Source of the DNA: Candidatus Nanoarchaeia archaeon
GTDB lineage: Archaea; Nanobdellota; Nanobdellia; SCGC-AAA011-G17; JAFCDX01
NCBI GenBank assembly: GCA_041651575.1
Contig: JBAZJB010000001.1
Location: forward strand, 546,096 to 610,095
Direction of reading: 5' to 3'
Length of the DNA stretch: 64,000 nt
This document shows, piece after piece, positions 46,567-56,155 of the stretch. Numbering within the stretch: position 1 is the stretch's first letter; each line of letters starts with the position of its first letter. Made by a program: the position numbers and the translations under genes. The notes beneath the pieces are model-generated. The model saw nothing but the letters and a program-made list of their open reading frames with translations. It made no database searches and was not told the DNA's origin.

Positions 46567-48873
46567 TTATATCTCAGACTTTTCAAATGTTTTTTGTTTA
46601 ATATACTTTTTCAATTCATCTTCCCATCTAAAAAATATTTTTTTATCATCTAATTTTCCAGTTTCTGTTCTTACGTCGCTTGAAATCTTATGAAATATAT
46701 CATTAAATAAAACTACTGTTTCTGATTCTAATAAATCAGGCATATTGGTTATTTTAGAATATTTGACTAAGGTTTCTTTTAATTTTGCTCTTAATAAAAT
46801 ATTATTCCACACCGCATCCCAATTGCCTGCCCATTCTTTTATGTTTCCAGCTATTGCTTTTACAATTTCAGATTCTCCATTTATCAAAGCATCTGTTGGT
46901 TGCAAAGAATCTGTTTTTGAATCATATTTCATTAAATCTACAAATCCATTTTCTTTTAGAGGATCATCTTCCCATTCTTTTCTTACTTCAGTAATTTGAG
47001 TTATTCTTCTCCATTTATGCATTCCATCTGGGCTCCTTATTGGATTACAAATAATTATTATATCTGTAGCTTTGAAACTAGTTCTAGGAACTTTTAAATC
47101 ATTTACAACTCTATCAAAAACACCATAAGGACTATCTCCATGAATTGTTCCTGCTACAACATTAGCAAGAGCACCGACACGCATTGCTTCATACAAAGCT
47201 AAAGCTTCTGTGCTTCTAATTTCTCCAACTATCAAAGAAGAATCTCCCATTCTTAATGAAGTTCTTATACCTTCATCTGCTGCAATTTCAGAAGATTTTC
47301 CCATTAAAGCAGCTCTAACTTTCATAGGTTGAATATTATATCCTAAATCTCTTAATTTATCTGTGCTCAATTCAAAAGTATCTTCAACAGTAATTATTCT
47401 AAATTTTCTCATTATTTCTAATAAACAAGAATCTAAAAAACTAGTTTTACCAGAACCTCTTGTACCTGCAACTATCATTGTCCTTGCTCCATCAATTAAA
47501 AAACTAATTAAACCAGCTGCCAAAGGAGATAACATTCTATTTTCAATATACAAAGGTAAAGTCCAAGGCTTATCTCTGTGTCTTCTTAATGAAAATGCTA
47601 GACCAGATGGATTTAAAGGTCTAGTAATTATTGCTACTCTGTTTCTTGAATTTGGAAGAGTTAATTCTGTATCTAAAACAGGATTTGCTTCATCCAAAGG
47701 TCTTCCAGATAATAATCTAAATTTAGTTGCCCAACCTTCTCCATCATCTAAACTAGGATAAATATTTGTAACACATTCATCATAATCTGAATGAACGATA
47801 AAAATTGGAGTTTGTCCTATAGGCCCATTAATAGAAATATCTTGAACTTTTTTATCATTCAATAAAATTTCTATTAATCCAAATCCTACAGTATATCTAA
47901 CTAAAATATCTGCAAGCTCTTCTATTTCATTATAAGAAATCTCTATTCCTCTATGAGTCGCTAATTCAGTAAGTAAATCTTTTCCTATATTGAAAAAAGT
48001 TTTTCTTATTCTTTCTGGATCTACGAATTCTTCTGCTTTTGGTTTGTGTTCTGACAAAACAGATTTTGCTAAAGTTAATAACATATATTTATCTTCAGAA
48101 ATTTTAAATTCTGGAGGTTCTAAATGATATAATAATTTTATATCTCCAGGAGTTCTAAAAATTGTTACATTTGTTTTTGCATCCACAGAATAAGCATCTA
48201 TTTCTTCTCCATTCAAAGGAGGATCTGCCATTAATCTTGTATACATAAAATCAGGAGTGATAACTGCTCTGAAAATTTTTCTATAAACATCTCTCGTACC
48301 TACTTGATATCCATCAATGTAAGGTTTTGCCATTGCAATTAATTTTGTTTTGTCTAAAAAATTCTTTACTAAATTCAGTAAATTCATATAATGTTGTCTA
48401 CATTCCGAACATTTTGGAATAGTTGTTTTTCCTTGTAAAATTGTTTCTTCTCTAACTAACCTTTTTAATTCTACGTAAGCACCTATTGGATCTGATCTTA
48501 ATAAATTAAGAATAATATACTGAACTTGGGATAATCTTTCAGGCAAGCAAGTTGTACATTCTAAACTAGTTCCCATCGCACCTAAAGATAATATTTTTTT
48601 CTGTTTTAAAAAATAATTATGTATTGTAGCAATTTCTAATAACATTGAAGTATTATCAAAACTATATTCGTAATTTTTTCCATATTGAGAAAAAACAATT
48701 TTGTGCACGCTAGGATTTTGCATTAAATATTCTATTGTTTTAGACATACAAATATCACTATCTTCAATTGAAGGAGAAAAAGGATAATTATTATAATTCA
48801 TCCATATAATTTCTTCATTACCTTCTTTTATTACTTCGTAATCACCTGGTTTTGTTTTCTTGCTAAATAACAT
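46567..48873 (-). CDS. Type II/IV secretion-system ATPase (FlaI/TadA/VirB11 family) with ~250-aa N-terminal extension
   Basis: Walker A AGTRGSGKTSF, Asp/Walker B box SSLIVGEIRSTEA, and a His box. Confidence 0.85.
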   Translation of the reverse strand: MLFSKKTKPGDYEVIKEGNEEIIWMNYNNYPFSPSIEDSDICMSKTIEYLMQNPSVHKIVFSQYGKNYEYSFDNTSMLLEIATIHNYFLKQKKILSLGAMGTSLECTTCLPERLSQVQYIILNLLRSDPIGAYVELKRLVREETILQGKTTIPKCSECRQHYMNLLNLVKNFLDKTKLIAMAKPYIDGYQVGTRDVYRKIFRAVITPDFMYTRLMADPPLNGEEIDAYSVDAKTNVTIFRTPGDIKLLYHLEPPEFKISEDKYMLLTLAKSVLSEHKPKAEEFVDPERIRKTFFNIGKDLLTELATHRGIEISYNEIEELADILVRYTVGFGLIEILLNDKKVQDISINGPIGQTPIFIVHSDYDECVTNIYPSLDDGEGWATKFRLLSGRPLDEANPVLDTELTLPNSRNRVAIITRPLNPSGLAFSLRRHRDKPWTLPLYIENRMLSPLAAGLISFLIDGARTMIVAGTRGSGKTSFLDSCLLEIMRKFRIITVEDTFELSTDKLRDLGYNIQPMKVRAALMGKSSEIAADEGIRTSLRMGDSSLIVGEIRSTEALALYEAMRVGALANVVAGTIHGDSPYGVFDRVVNDLKVPRTSFKATDIIIICNPIRSPDGMHKWRRITQITEVRKEWEDDPLKENGFVDLMKYDSKTDSLQPTDALINGESEIVKAIAGNIKEWAGNWDAVWNNILLRAKLKETLVKYSKITNMPDLLESETVVLFNDIFHKISSDVRTETGKLDDKKIFFRWEDELKKYIKQKTFEKSEI

Positions 48874-48946
48874 TTTATCTATAAATACATTTATATAGGG
48901 GTTTATATACTTTAATAAATATAACTATTAAAACTTTCGATTTAAA

Positions 48947-49300
48947 ATGCCTGAGGTGACCATAACAGCAGAAAATGTTCTAGCAGATTTAAATGCTAGA
49001 ATAAGAGTTCTAGAAGAAAAGCAGAACATTTTAAGAGAGAAATTACTTGTAGTTAATCAAAATATGCTAGAAGAATATAAAAGGCTTATACAAGAAATAA
49101 AGATTATAAACACCGATTTAAGAGATTTAAAAGAAGATTTATCAAATAATAAAGAAATGATGAGGCATTTTATAAAAGAAATGGAAAATTTCGCTAGAAA
49201 AGAAAATTTATTAATTTTAGAAAAGTATATTAAGTTGTGGGACCCTATGAAATTTGTAACTGAAGAAGAGGTTATAAAACTAGTAAAAGAAAAGAGGTAA
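48947..49300 (+). CDS. Coiled-coil protein, divergent from pilus ATPase
   Basis: 117 aa, heptad-rich. Confidence 0.4.
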   Translation: MPEVTITAENVLADLNARIRVLEEKQNILREKLLVVNQNMLEEYKRLIQEIKIINTDLRDLKEDLSNNKEMMRHFIKEMENFARKENLLILEKYIKLWDPMKFVTEEEVIKLVKEKR

Positions 49301-49303
49301 ATA

Positions 49304-49876
49304 ATGGCAAACGAATTCAGGGACATAAAAGAAGGTGTAGCAAGAAGTTCTGATAATCCTGGAATTAGTGGAATGCAACCATCTATGTTACCTAAAGAAG
49401 AAATTACAATGGCTGAAGAAGAAGCACCTTCTGCAGAACCAGAACTTCCAGAAGAAGAAGTTGAACAACCTATTGAAGAAGATATTCCAAATACTCCTTT
49501 GATACCTACAACCTCTGTTCCAATGGTTGAACAACCAAGAAGAGATTTCCAAGAACAAATAGAAGAAATTACAGAAGCAGTAGTTAATGAAAAATGGGAA
49601 GAGTTAATGACCAATGTTGGAAATATTGCCATATGGAGAGAAAAAATTAATACAGATGTAAGATCAATAAAACAAGAAATAATAAGAATTGAAGAAAGAT
49701 TTGGAAGTTTACAAAATGCAGTCATTGGAAAAGTAGAAGATTATCATCAAACTATGACAAATGTTGGAGCAGAAATGAAAGCTCTTGAAAAAGTTCTTGA
49801 AAGAATAATGCAACCTTTAGCAACAAACATCAGAGAATTAAATAAAATAACAGAAGATTTAAAGAAGAAAAAATAA
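49304..49876 (+). CDS. Acidic coiled-coil protein
   Basis: 190 aa, Glu/Pro-rich N-terminus then a coiled-coil C-terminus. The antisense ORF 49057-49725 is judged spurious. Confidence 0.4.
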   Translation: MANEFRDIKEGVARSSDNPGISGMQPSMLPKEEITMAEEEAPSAEPELPEEEVEQPIEEDIPNTPLIPTTSVPMVEQPRRDFQEQIEEITEAVVNEKWEELMTNVGNIAIWREKINTDVRSIKQEIIRIEERFGSLQNAVIGKVEDYHQTMTNVGAEMKALEKVLERIMQPLATNIRELNKITEDLKKKK

Positions 49877-50401
49877 TTATTTACTTCCTATTTGATGTCC
49901 GACAAATCTTACAGTTAAAGAAGCAATTATTAATAAAAATATAGCTCCAAGGGTTCTTGGGTGAAATAATGTTCTTAAGGTTTCAGAACCGATAGTTTTA
50001 GTTGTATTTCCTACAGTTTGATAAGGAGTAAAAACATCTCCAAATACTTGGGTTAATCCAATTAATAAAATTAAAAAAGCAATTATCATTACTGTCCATA
50101 CACTCAAATTATTCCAAATATCTTGTTCTTTTATTCCAAAGTGCATTAACACTCCAAATAATAAAATTAAAAATATTGCAATGAAAACAAACCAAGGAAT
50201 AACATAATTAATTAAATCAACTATTGAAGCAGTAAATAAAGTTATCATAGCGACAGAAAATGCAGCTATAAATTTTAATGCATTATTTTCTCCAAGGATT
50301 TTTGTTTTATCCAATAAAGCATACAATCCTGCAAATATAAACAAGAAAGTAAAAATTGGTAAAAAATAATTCAATAATCCCATATCCATTAAGGTTGCCA
50401 T
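49877..50401 (-). CDS. Paralogous membrane protein 1 of 3 (tandem family)
   Basis: Shares an N-terminal motif (YLLPFLLVF.I.FALLEK.KILG) with the next two genes. Confidence 0.5.
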   Translation of the reverse strand: MATLMDMGLLNYFLPIFTFLFIFAGLYALLDKTKILGENNALKFIAAFSVAMITLFTASIVDLINYVIPWFVFIAIFLILLFGVLMHFGIKEQDIWNNLSVWTVMIIAFLILLIGLTQVFGDVFTPYQTVGNTTKTIGSETLRTLFHPRTLGAIFLLIIASLTVRFVGHQIGSK

Positions 50402-50404
50402 TTT

Positions 50405-50950
50405 TTAACTTTTTCCAAAGAAAGCTTTTACCATATCTTTTGCTGGACTTTCGTTTTTTGGTTTTCTAGTGAACATTGCTACAACGACTACAATAGTAAC
50501 TATTAAAATTATCCAAGCTTTATCTTCATCTGTTGGATGGAACCAAGTAGGCATATATATTCCTGCACTTGGTGAAATTGCCCAAATTATTCCAAGAATA
50601 CAAACTATTAAAGCAATTATCATTGCTATTCCACCCCAATCTCCTGCATAATCAGAACCAAACATTCCCAATACTAATAAAAACATTAAAATAACTATTA
50701 TCATCAAAGAAACTTTTGGTAAAAATTGATTAATTAAATAAACTATTTGTGGTTGTGCTATTAACAATGCACCCATTGCAAAAGAAACAACAACATTAAT
50801 ATTTGTTTTTGGATTTTCTTCTTTATCTTTTCCCAAAATTTTTAATTTTTCTAATAAAGCAAAAATAATTGAGAATACTAATAGGAAAGGAAGTAAATAT
50901 TCGTATACTCCCATTGCTTGTAATGATTGAAGTGTTGAAGCTATGCTCAT
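50405..50950 (-). CDS. Paralogous membrane protein 2 of 3
   Basis: See paralog 1. Confidence 0.5.
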   Translation of the reverse strand: MSIASTLQSLQAMGVYEYLLPFLLVFSIIFALLEKLKILGKDKEENPKTNINVVVSFAMGALLIAQPQIVYLINQFLPKVSLMIIVILMFLLVLGMFGSDYAGDWGGIAMIIALIVCILGIIWAISPSAGIYMPTWFHPTDEDKAWIILIVTIVVVVAMFTRKPKNESPAKDMVKAFFGKS

Positions 50951-50961
50951 TTTTCCTCTTT

Positions 50962-51540
50962 TTAATCTTCTTTTTTATTTGGCTTAAAACCAGTTACATA
51001 TAAGATTGCTCCTATAATAACGGCTAATAAGATTATACTTGAAACTGCTGATCCTCCCCAATTTCCCATAACATAATTATATGCTTGTTCAAGCCAAGAA
51101 CATTCTTGACCAGAAGTACAATAAGGAGATTCACCTAATATTGAAGACATAAATATAATTATAACTCCTGCAAACATCCCTATTGTAAAAATATAATAAA
51201 AGGTTGTATGTTTCTTTTTCAAATCAAATTCATCTGTAGTTGCAAATACTCCAATCATCAATAAGAAACTAATTGAAATCATAACTAATAAAATTATGTT
51301 TGGTAAAGCTAAATTTAATGCAGTTACAACTCTATTGCTTGCAACAACTAATAAAGCAATAACAAAAGCAACCATAGAATCAAGATTTTTCTTTGGTTTC
51401 TTATCTTCTGCACCTAAAATCATAGTTTTTTCTAAAATTGCAAATACAATTGTGAAAACTAATAAGAAAGGTAATAATATATCAAATAAGCCAAATGATT
51501 TAAAAAATTCAATGGCTCCTGCCAAAGGTGAATCTGCCAT
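50962..51540 (-). CDS. Paralogous membrane protein 3 of 3
   Basis: See paralog 1. Confidence 0.5.
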   Translation of the reverse strand: MADSPLAGAIEFFKSFGLFDILLPFLLVFTIVFAILEKTMILGAEDKKPKKNLDSMVAFVIALLVVASNRVVTALNLALPNIILLVMISISFLLMIGVFATTDEFDLKKKHTTFYYIFTIGMFAGVIIIFMSSILGESPYCTSGQECSWLEQAYNYVMGNWGGSAVSSIILLAVIIGAILYVTGFKPNKKED

Positions 51541-51624
51541 ACATTTTTATAGGATATATTATTTATAAAGCTTATTGTTTAATAATATAAAGAAAAAAAT
51601 AATATTTTAAGAAAAAATTAAAAT

Positions 51625-51960
51625 TTAATCCAAATCTTCTTTTATTTCAGAATTTCCGCCGTCTTCCATCGATGGAATTGCTGTTTTTGAAATTATCATT
51701 ACTTGATCTATTGCTTTAACAAGTGGATGTGGAACTATAACTCCTTTTGCACCACCAAGCATTTTAGTCAATAATGAACCTTTTGTTGCTCTTACACGCC
51801 AACCAGCAATTTTATTTCCTTGTAAAATTGATTCTTCTACAACTCCAAAGAAAGAACCTTCATCAGTGTAAACTCCCATTTCAAAAAGTTCTGTTACGTT
51901 TCTGACTCTTAACATTTTATTCCTCCTTATTAATCCTTTATGAGTGGATACTAATGGCAA
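51625..51960 (-). CDS. PRC-barrel domain protein
   Basis: Small beta-barrel protein; the start may be the internal Met (MLRVRNV) at 51915. Confidence 0.45.
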   Translation of the reverse strand: MPLVSTHKGLIRRNKMLRVRNVTELFEMGVYTDEGSFFGVVEESILQGNKIAGWRVRATKGSLLTKMLGGAKGVIVPHPLVKAIDQVMIISKTAIPSMEDGGNSEIKEDLD

Positions 51961-51991
51961 ACTTTTTAAGTTTATATAATTTTCCTTTTTA

Positions 51992-52672
51992 ATGATAACT
52001 TACAAAAATCTGACTTTAATTGGTACTTCACATATTGCTATACAAAGTGTAAACCAAGTTAGAACTTTAATTCAAGAAGAAAAACCAGAGATTGTAGCTT
52101 TAGAACTAGATAAACCTAGATTTGAAGCTTTAATGTCAAGAAAAAAATATAAATTAAGATTAAGAGATATTAACAGATTTGGATTAAAAGGATTCTTATT
52201 TAATTTTTTTGGAGCACTTGCAGAAAAAAAACTTGGAAATTTAGTTGGAAGCAAACCTGGAACTGAAATGAGGGTAGCTACAGAAGAAGCAAGAGCAATA
52301 AATGCAAAAATTGCTTTAATAGACCAAGATATCTCTATTACTTTAAGAAGATTATCTCAAAAATTAACTTGGAAAGAAAAATTTAGATTTATAATAGATA
52401 TTATAAAAAGTTTATTTGTTAAAGAGAGGATAAATTTTGATTTAAAAAAAGTTCCAAGTCAAAAAATTATAGATAAATTAACAAAAACAGTTAAAAAAAG
52501 ATATCCAAATTTCTATTTAGTTCTTGTAGATGAAAGAAATAAGTACATGGCAAAAAATTTATATAATCTAATGCAACAAGATAATAAGATAATTGCGGTT
52601 GTTGGTGCAGGTCACGAACAAGAAATAATTAGTGAAATTAAAAAATGGGAATATTTAGTAAAAAAGAGGTAA
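51992..52672 (+). CDS. TraB/PrgY-family protein
   Basis: N-terminal GTSHIA motif, conserved E...RN and a C-terminal GAGH motif. Confidence 0.6.
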   Translation: MITYKNLTLIGTSHIAIQSVNQVRTLIQEEKPEIVALELDKPRFEALMSRKKYKLRLRDINRFGLKGFLFNFFGALAEKKLGNLVGSKPGTEMRVATEEARAINAKIALIDQDISITLRRLSQKLTWKEKFRFIIDIIKSLFVKERINFDLKKVPSQKIIDKLTKTVKKRYPNFYLVLVDERNKYMAKNLYNLMQQDNKIIAVVGAGHEQEIISEIKKWEYLVKKR

Positions 52673-53406
52673 ATAAATTAATTATTGCTATTCTTATATT
52701 AAGTTTTATTTTTGGTTATAATGATAAAGCTACAGCTTTTAATTGGAATCATTGGTTAACAAATTTCTTTTTGGTTTTAATTGTTGTTTGTTTTTCATTT
52801 TTATTACATCAAATAGTTCAAAAATTAGTTGCAAAAAAATATGGATGTCAAACTGAATTTGATTTATGGAAAATAAAAAGATATGGATATAGAGCAAAAG
52901 ATAAATTTCCAAAAAAGTTTGGACCTTGGACAATTAGCGGACTTCCAATATATCTCTTCTCTATTTTTATTACTTTAATTTCAAATGGATTATGGTTTTT
53001 TGCTGTAGTAGGAACTACGATTATAGAAGCAAATGAATCAAAAAGAATAGGAAAGGTTTTTCCAAAAATAACTGGAATTGAAAAAGCAATTGTAATGTTT
53101 TCTGGAGCATTAGTAAATTTACTTTTGGTTTTAATATTTTCAAATTTAGCGACTTGGACTGGAATAAATTTTGACTTATTTATTATAATAAATCTGTGGA
53201 TATGTGTTTTTAGTTTAGTTCCTTTACCAGGACTAGAAGGTTTAGAAATTTTATTTGGTTCTTTACCATTTTATATTTTTAGTATTGCTTTTTTTGCATT
53301 TTCTTTAGCTTTAGTTCAAGTGAATTTTATTTTAGCAACAGTAACTACAATATTAATTTCATTTGCAATAATGATGTTTTACATTTATATTTATGAAAAG
53401 AAGTGA
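52645..53406 (+). CDS. Site-2-protease (M50)-like membrane protein with degenerate active site
   Basis: M50 C-terminal signature INLWICVFSLVPLPGLEGLE (LNxxLxxFNLLPxxPLDGG). HExxH is replaced by HQIVQ. Confidence 0.5.
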   Translation: MGIFSKKEVNKLIIAILILSFIFGYNDKATAFNWNHWLTNFFLVLIVVCFSFLLHQIVQKLVAKKYGCQTEFDLWKIKRYGYRAKDKFPKKFGPWTISGLPIYLFSIFITLISNGLWFFAVVGTTIIEANESKRIGKVFPKITGIEKAIVMFSGALVNLLLVLIFSNLATWTGINFDLFIIINLWICVFSLVPLPGLEGLEILFGSLPFYIFSIAFFAFSLALVQVNFILATVTTILISFAIMMFYIYIYEKK

Positions 53407-53648
53407 TAAATATGGGATTAAAAGGATTAACAGAAGATAAGTTCGATGATTGGGCAAAACAAAAAATTGCAGAACATGCCGGACATGGATATTTAGCATA
53501 TTGTTGGGATGCTATAGAAATAAGGGGTGAAATAAAATTATATTATGCTCTCTTTAAAATATGTGGAGATGGGAATAGGAACGGAACTTTAATTACTTAT
53601 TTAAGACCAAAACCTCCAGAAGAGACACAACAAAAGAAAGATATATAA
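53403..53648 (+). CDS. Hypothetical protein
   Basis: 81 aa; start overlaps the upstream stop. Confidence 0.35.
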   Translation: MINMGLKGLTEDKFDDWAKQKIAEHAGHGYLAYCWDAIEIRGEIKLYYALFKICGDGNRNGTLITYLRPKPPEETQQKKDI

Positions 53649-53670
53649 ACAACCATATAAAGAATTTTTT

Positions 53671-54054
53671 ATGATAACTCTTCACAAAACCGGCGGATTT
53701 AATGCAATAGAAGAAAATAAAGTAATTAAATTTTTAAATGTAACAAAGAGTTTAGAAGAGCATTTTAAAGAGGATCCTCATTATATACAAGAACAATTTA
53801 AATCATTTGAACCACACCTCTTAGGAAAACTTTCTAGAACTTATAGAGATATGATAACTTTAAATGAAGATATTAGAAACTTAAATCAATATTCTGAAAA
53901 TTATAAAAAGAAATCTAAAAAATTAGTAGATTTACATTCAGAATTTATGGGTTTACTTTTAATGTATAAAAAAATTTGTCCTTCTGAAGAAAATAATTCT
54001 AAAGAAATTATTGATGATTATATGAAAAGAGATTGGCTTCTTAAAAAAAACTGA
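53671..54054 (+). CDS. Hypothetical protein
   Basis: 127 aa. Confidence 0.35.
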   Translation: MITLHKTGGFNAIEENKVIKFLNVTKSLEEHFKEDPHYIQEQFKSFEPHLLGKLSRTYRDMITLNEDIRNLNQYSENYKKKSKKLVDLHSEFMGLLLMYKKICPSEENNSKEIIDDYMKRDWLLKKN

Positions 54055-54093
54055 ATTAAAAAGGTTTAAATAATAATGTTCGTATAAGAATAT

Positions 54094-54927
54094 ATGGATA
54101 AAAAAGCGGTTTTGGAAAAAATCAATACCGAATTACAAATTCAGGGGAAATCAAAACAAACACAAAAAGCTTATTGCTTCTATAATGAAATGTTTCTTAA
54201 TTTTATAAAAAAAGATTGTTCTAAAATCACCGAAGACGACGTGAAAAAATTCTTAGCATATTTATTATCAGAAAAAAATTATGATTGTTCTTCTGCTGCA
54301 TTGGCAAAAGCTTCTTTGAAATTTTTTTATGATGGATTATTAAAGAAAAAAATAATGGATGATATAAAAACTCCAAAAAAAGTAAGAAAATTGCCAGATG
54401 TTTTAACTAAAGAAGAAATAAAAGTTCTAATAAATAATTCAAAAACCTTAAGAAACAAATTAATGATCGAAATTATGTATTCTTCTGGATTAAGAGTAAG
54501 TGAATGTTCTAAGATAAGAATGGCAGATATTAATATTGAAGATAAAACTGGATTATTAAAATCTGGAAAAGGTGGAAAAGATAGATTTTTTATTTTATCT
54601 GAAACACTAATAAAAGATTTAAAAGAATATATGAAAGAAGAGCCAAATTTAACTTATATTTTTTATGGAAAAAATAGGGATGAACCTATAAGCGTTAGGG
54701 CAATTCAAAGAGTTGTAAGTAGAGTTGCAAAAAGATCTGGAATAAAAAAACATGTTTATTGTCATTTACTTAGACATGCTTTTGCTACACATTTGCTAGA
54801 GTATGGAGTAGATATCAGATTAATTCAAGAATTATTAGCTCACACTAATTTACAAACAACACAATTCTATACCAAAGTCAGTAAAACCCAATTAAAGAAG
54901 GTTAAAAGCCCTTTAGATACTTTATAA
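54094..54927 (+). CDS. Tyrosine recombinase (XerA-like / phage-integrase family)
   Basis: Catalytic box HLLRHAFATHLLEYGVDIRLIQELLAHTNLQTTQFYTKV (R..HxxR..Y). Confidence 0.8.
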   Translation: MDKKAVLEKINTELQIQGKSKQTQKAYCFYNEMFLNFIKKDCSKITEDDVKKFLAYLLSEKNYDCSSAALAKASLKFFYDGLLKKKIMDDIKTPKKVRKLPDVLTKEEIKVLINNSKTLRNKLMIEIMYSSGLRVSECSKIRMADINIEDKTGLLKSGKGGKDRFFILSETLIKDLKEYMKEEPNLTYIFYGKNRDEPISVRAIQRVVSRVAKRSGIKKHVYCHLLRHAFATHLLEYGVDIRLIQELLAHTNLQTTQFYTKVSKTQLKKVKSPLDTL

Positions 54928-54988
54928 GTAATTACTATTAAGTGATTAAAATAGAAAGGTTTATAAATAATATTTGAATAGCTAAGTT

Positions 54989-55792
54989 ATGACATCAATC
55001 GAAGAATTAGGGGATAAGTTAGTCTTGAATCCAGAAGAAGCATTAGAAAGATCTCCTGGAATTTTTGCAATATATAATGCTTTAAGGAAAAAAAGTTCTG
55101 AAACTGCGGTTTCTGTAGAAAAAGGTTTATTTAAAAAAACAAAAGTAAGGGCATTTGAAAAAACACTTTATGAATTTTTAAGTTTAGAATTATGGCATAA
55201 TGTGCTTAAAAATTATTCTGAAACAAATAATCTTAAATTCAGAGCCCCTGAACCAAAATTTATAATTGAAGAGGATATAAATTATCAACCAATACATAGT
55301 TTGATAATGGAATATATCGAAGGTTATGAAGTTAGTTTATTATTAAAAAGAAAAATTCCTTTAAAATCAAATGGAGATAATCCTTCAGTCAAACTTTATC
55401 CTGCATGTGCTCTTCATTTAGGGGCATTAAACAGAATTAAAGAAATGGAAGGATTTTTACATTCAGATTACGATGAAAGACATATAAAATTTATTCCTTT
55501 TAAAGATGTTGCTATGGCAATAGTAGATTTAGAAAATTCTATAAATGATAGTTCAGAAATGGTAAAGGTAGAATCAAATAAAATATATGAAAATTTTATA
55601 AAAAAGACCAATGTTCCAAATAAAGAAAAACAGAATTTAAGAAATAAATATGAACAAGGTTTTGAAAGTATAAGAACACCTATAGATGGAATTCAATTTT
55701 TTAAAGAACTAGAAGCTATTAATAAAAAATATGGAATAAAATTAGATCCAATAAATGGATATATTAATGAAATTAGAGTTAATATAAAATAA
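54989..55792 (+). CDS. Hypothetical protein
   Basis: 267 aa. Confidence 0.4.
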   Translation: MTSIEELGDKLVLNPEEALERSPGIFAIYNALRKKSSETAVSVEKGLFKKTKVRAFEKTLYEFLSLELWHNVLKNYSETNNLKFRAPEPKFIIEEDINYQPIHSLIMEYIEGYEVSLLLKRKIPLKSNGDNPSVKLYPACALHLGALNRIKEMEGFLHSDYDERHIKFIPFKDVAMAIVDLENSINDSSEMVKVESNKIYENFIKKTNVPNKEKQNLRNKYEQGFESIRTPIDGIQFFKELEAINKKYGIKLDPINGYINEIRVNIK

Positions 55793-55807
55793 AAAAAGAG
55801 AAAAGAA

Positions 55808-55927
55808 TTTATCTTTTCTTTTTTCCTCCACGAGCCATTTGAGCTTCGCAGACGTTACCTTTACCATCTACATAGTAAAGAAAACCTTTTTTTCTTTGAA
55901 CTACATTTTTTACTAAAATTTTTCCCA
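55808..55927 (-). CDS. Small basic protein (39 aa), possibly nucleic-acid-binding
   Basis: MGKILVKNVVQRKKGFLYYVDGKGNVCEAQMARGGKKKR; not in the ORF track. Confidence 0.3.
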
Positions 55928-56090
55928 TTTATTTTCACCTCACATAATTTTTTTATTAATTATTACATTTAATCTGATTAGTTTATTTATAAATCTTTTT
56001 ATATCGACGGTAAATTTAGATTTTCCGAAGAAAAGTTTAGAAATTTTATTTTATTAAAAGTTTTAAGTAATGCTTAAAATATCTAAGCTG

Positions 56091-56146
56091 TATTGCGCTT
56101 AAAAGCTTTAAGAATTGATTAAAGGTTTTGTTCTATCTCAAAAGAA
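56091..56146. promoter_or_regulatory. Palindromic CTTAAAAG-n-CTTTAAG motif block, copy A
   Basis: attgcgcttaaaagctttaagaattgattaaagg; a related ttaaaagttttaag lies 40 bp upstream. About 85% identical to copy B at 62235-62288. Confidence 0.4.
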
Positions 56147-56155
56147 ATATCTTTT

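Noticed and set aside
44997-47761. Plus-strand ORFs (44997-45224, 45682-45888, 46745-46999, 46785-46994, 47363-47761) inside the platform and ATPase genes
   Set aside because: Antisense to genes with strong Walker-motif and TM-domain support; no independent signals.
49057-49725. 222-aa Ser-rich minus-strand ORF
   Set aside because: Fully antisense to the two plus-strand coiled-coil genes; its Ser/Ile-rich low-complexity product is the complement of their Glu/Lys-rich codons. The plus-strand genes have better starts and spacing.
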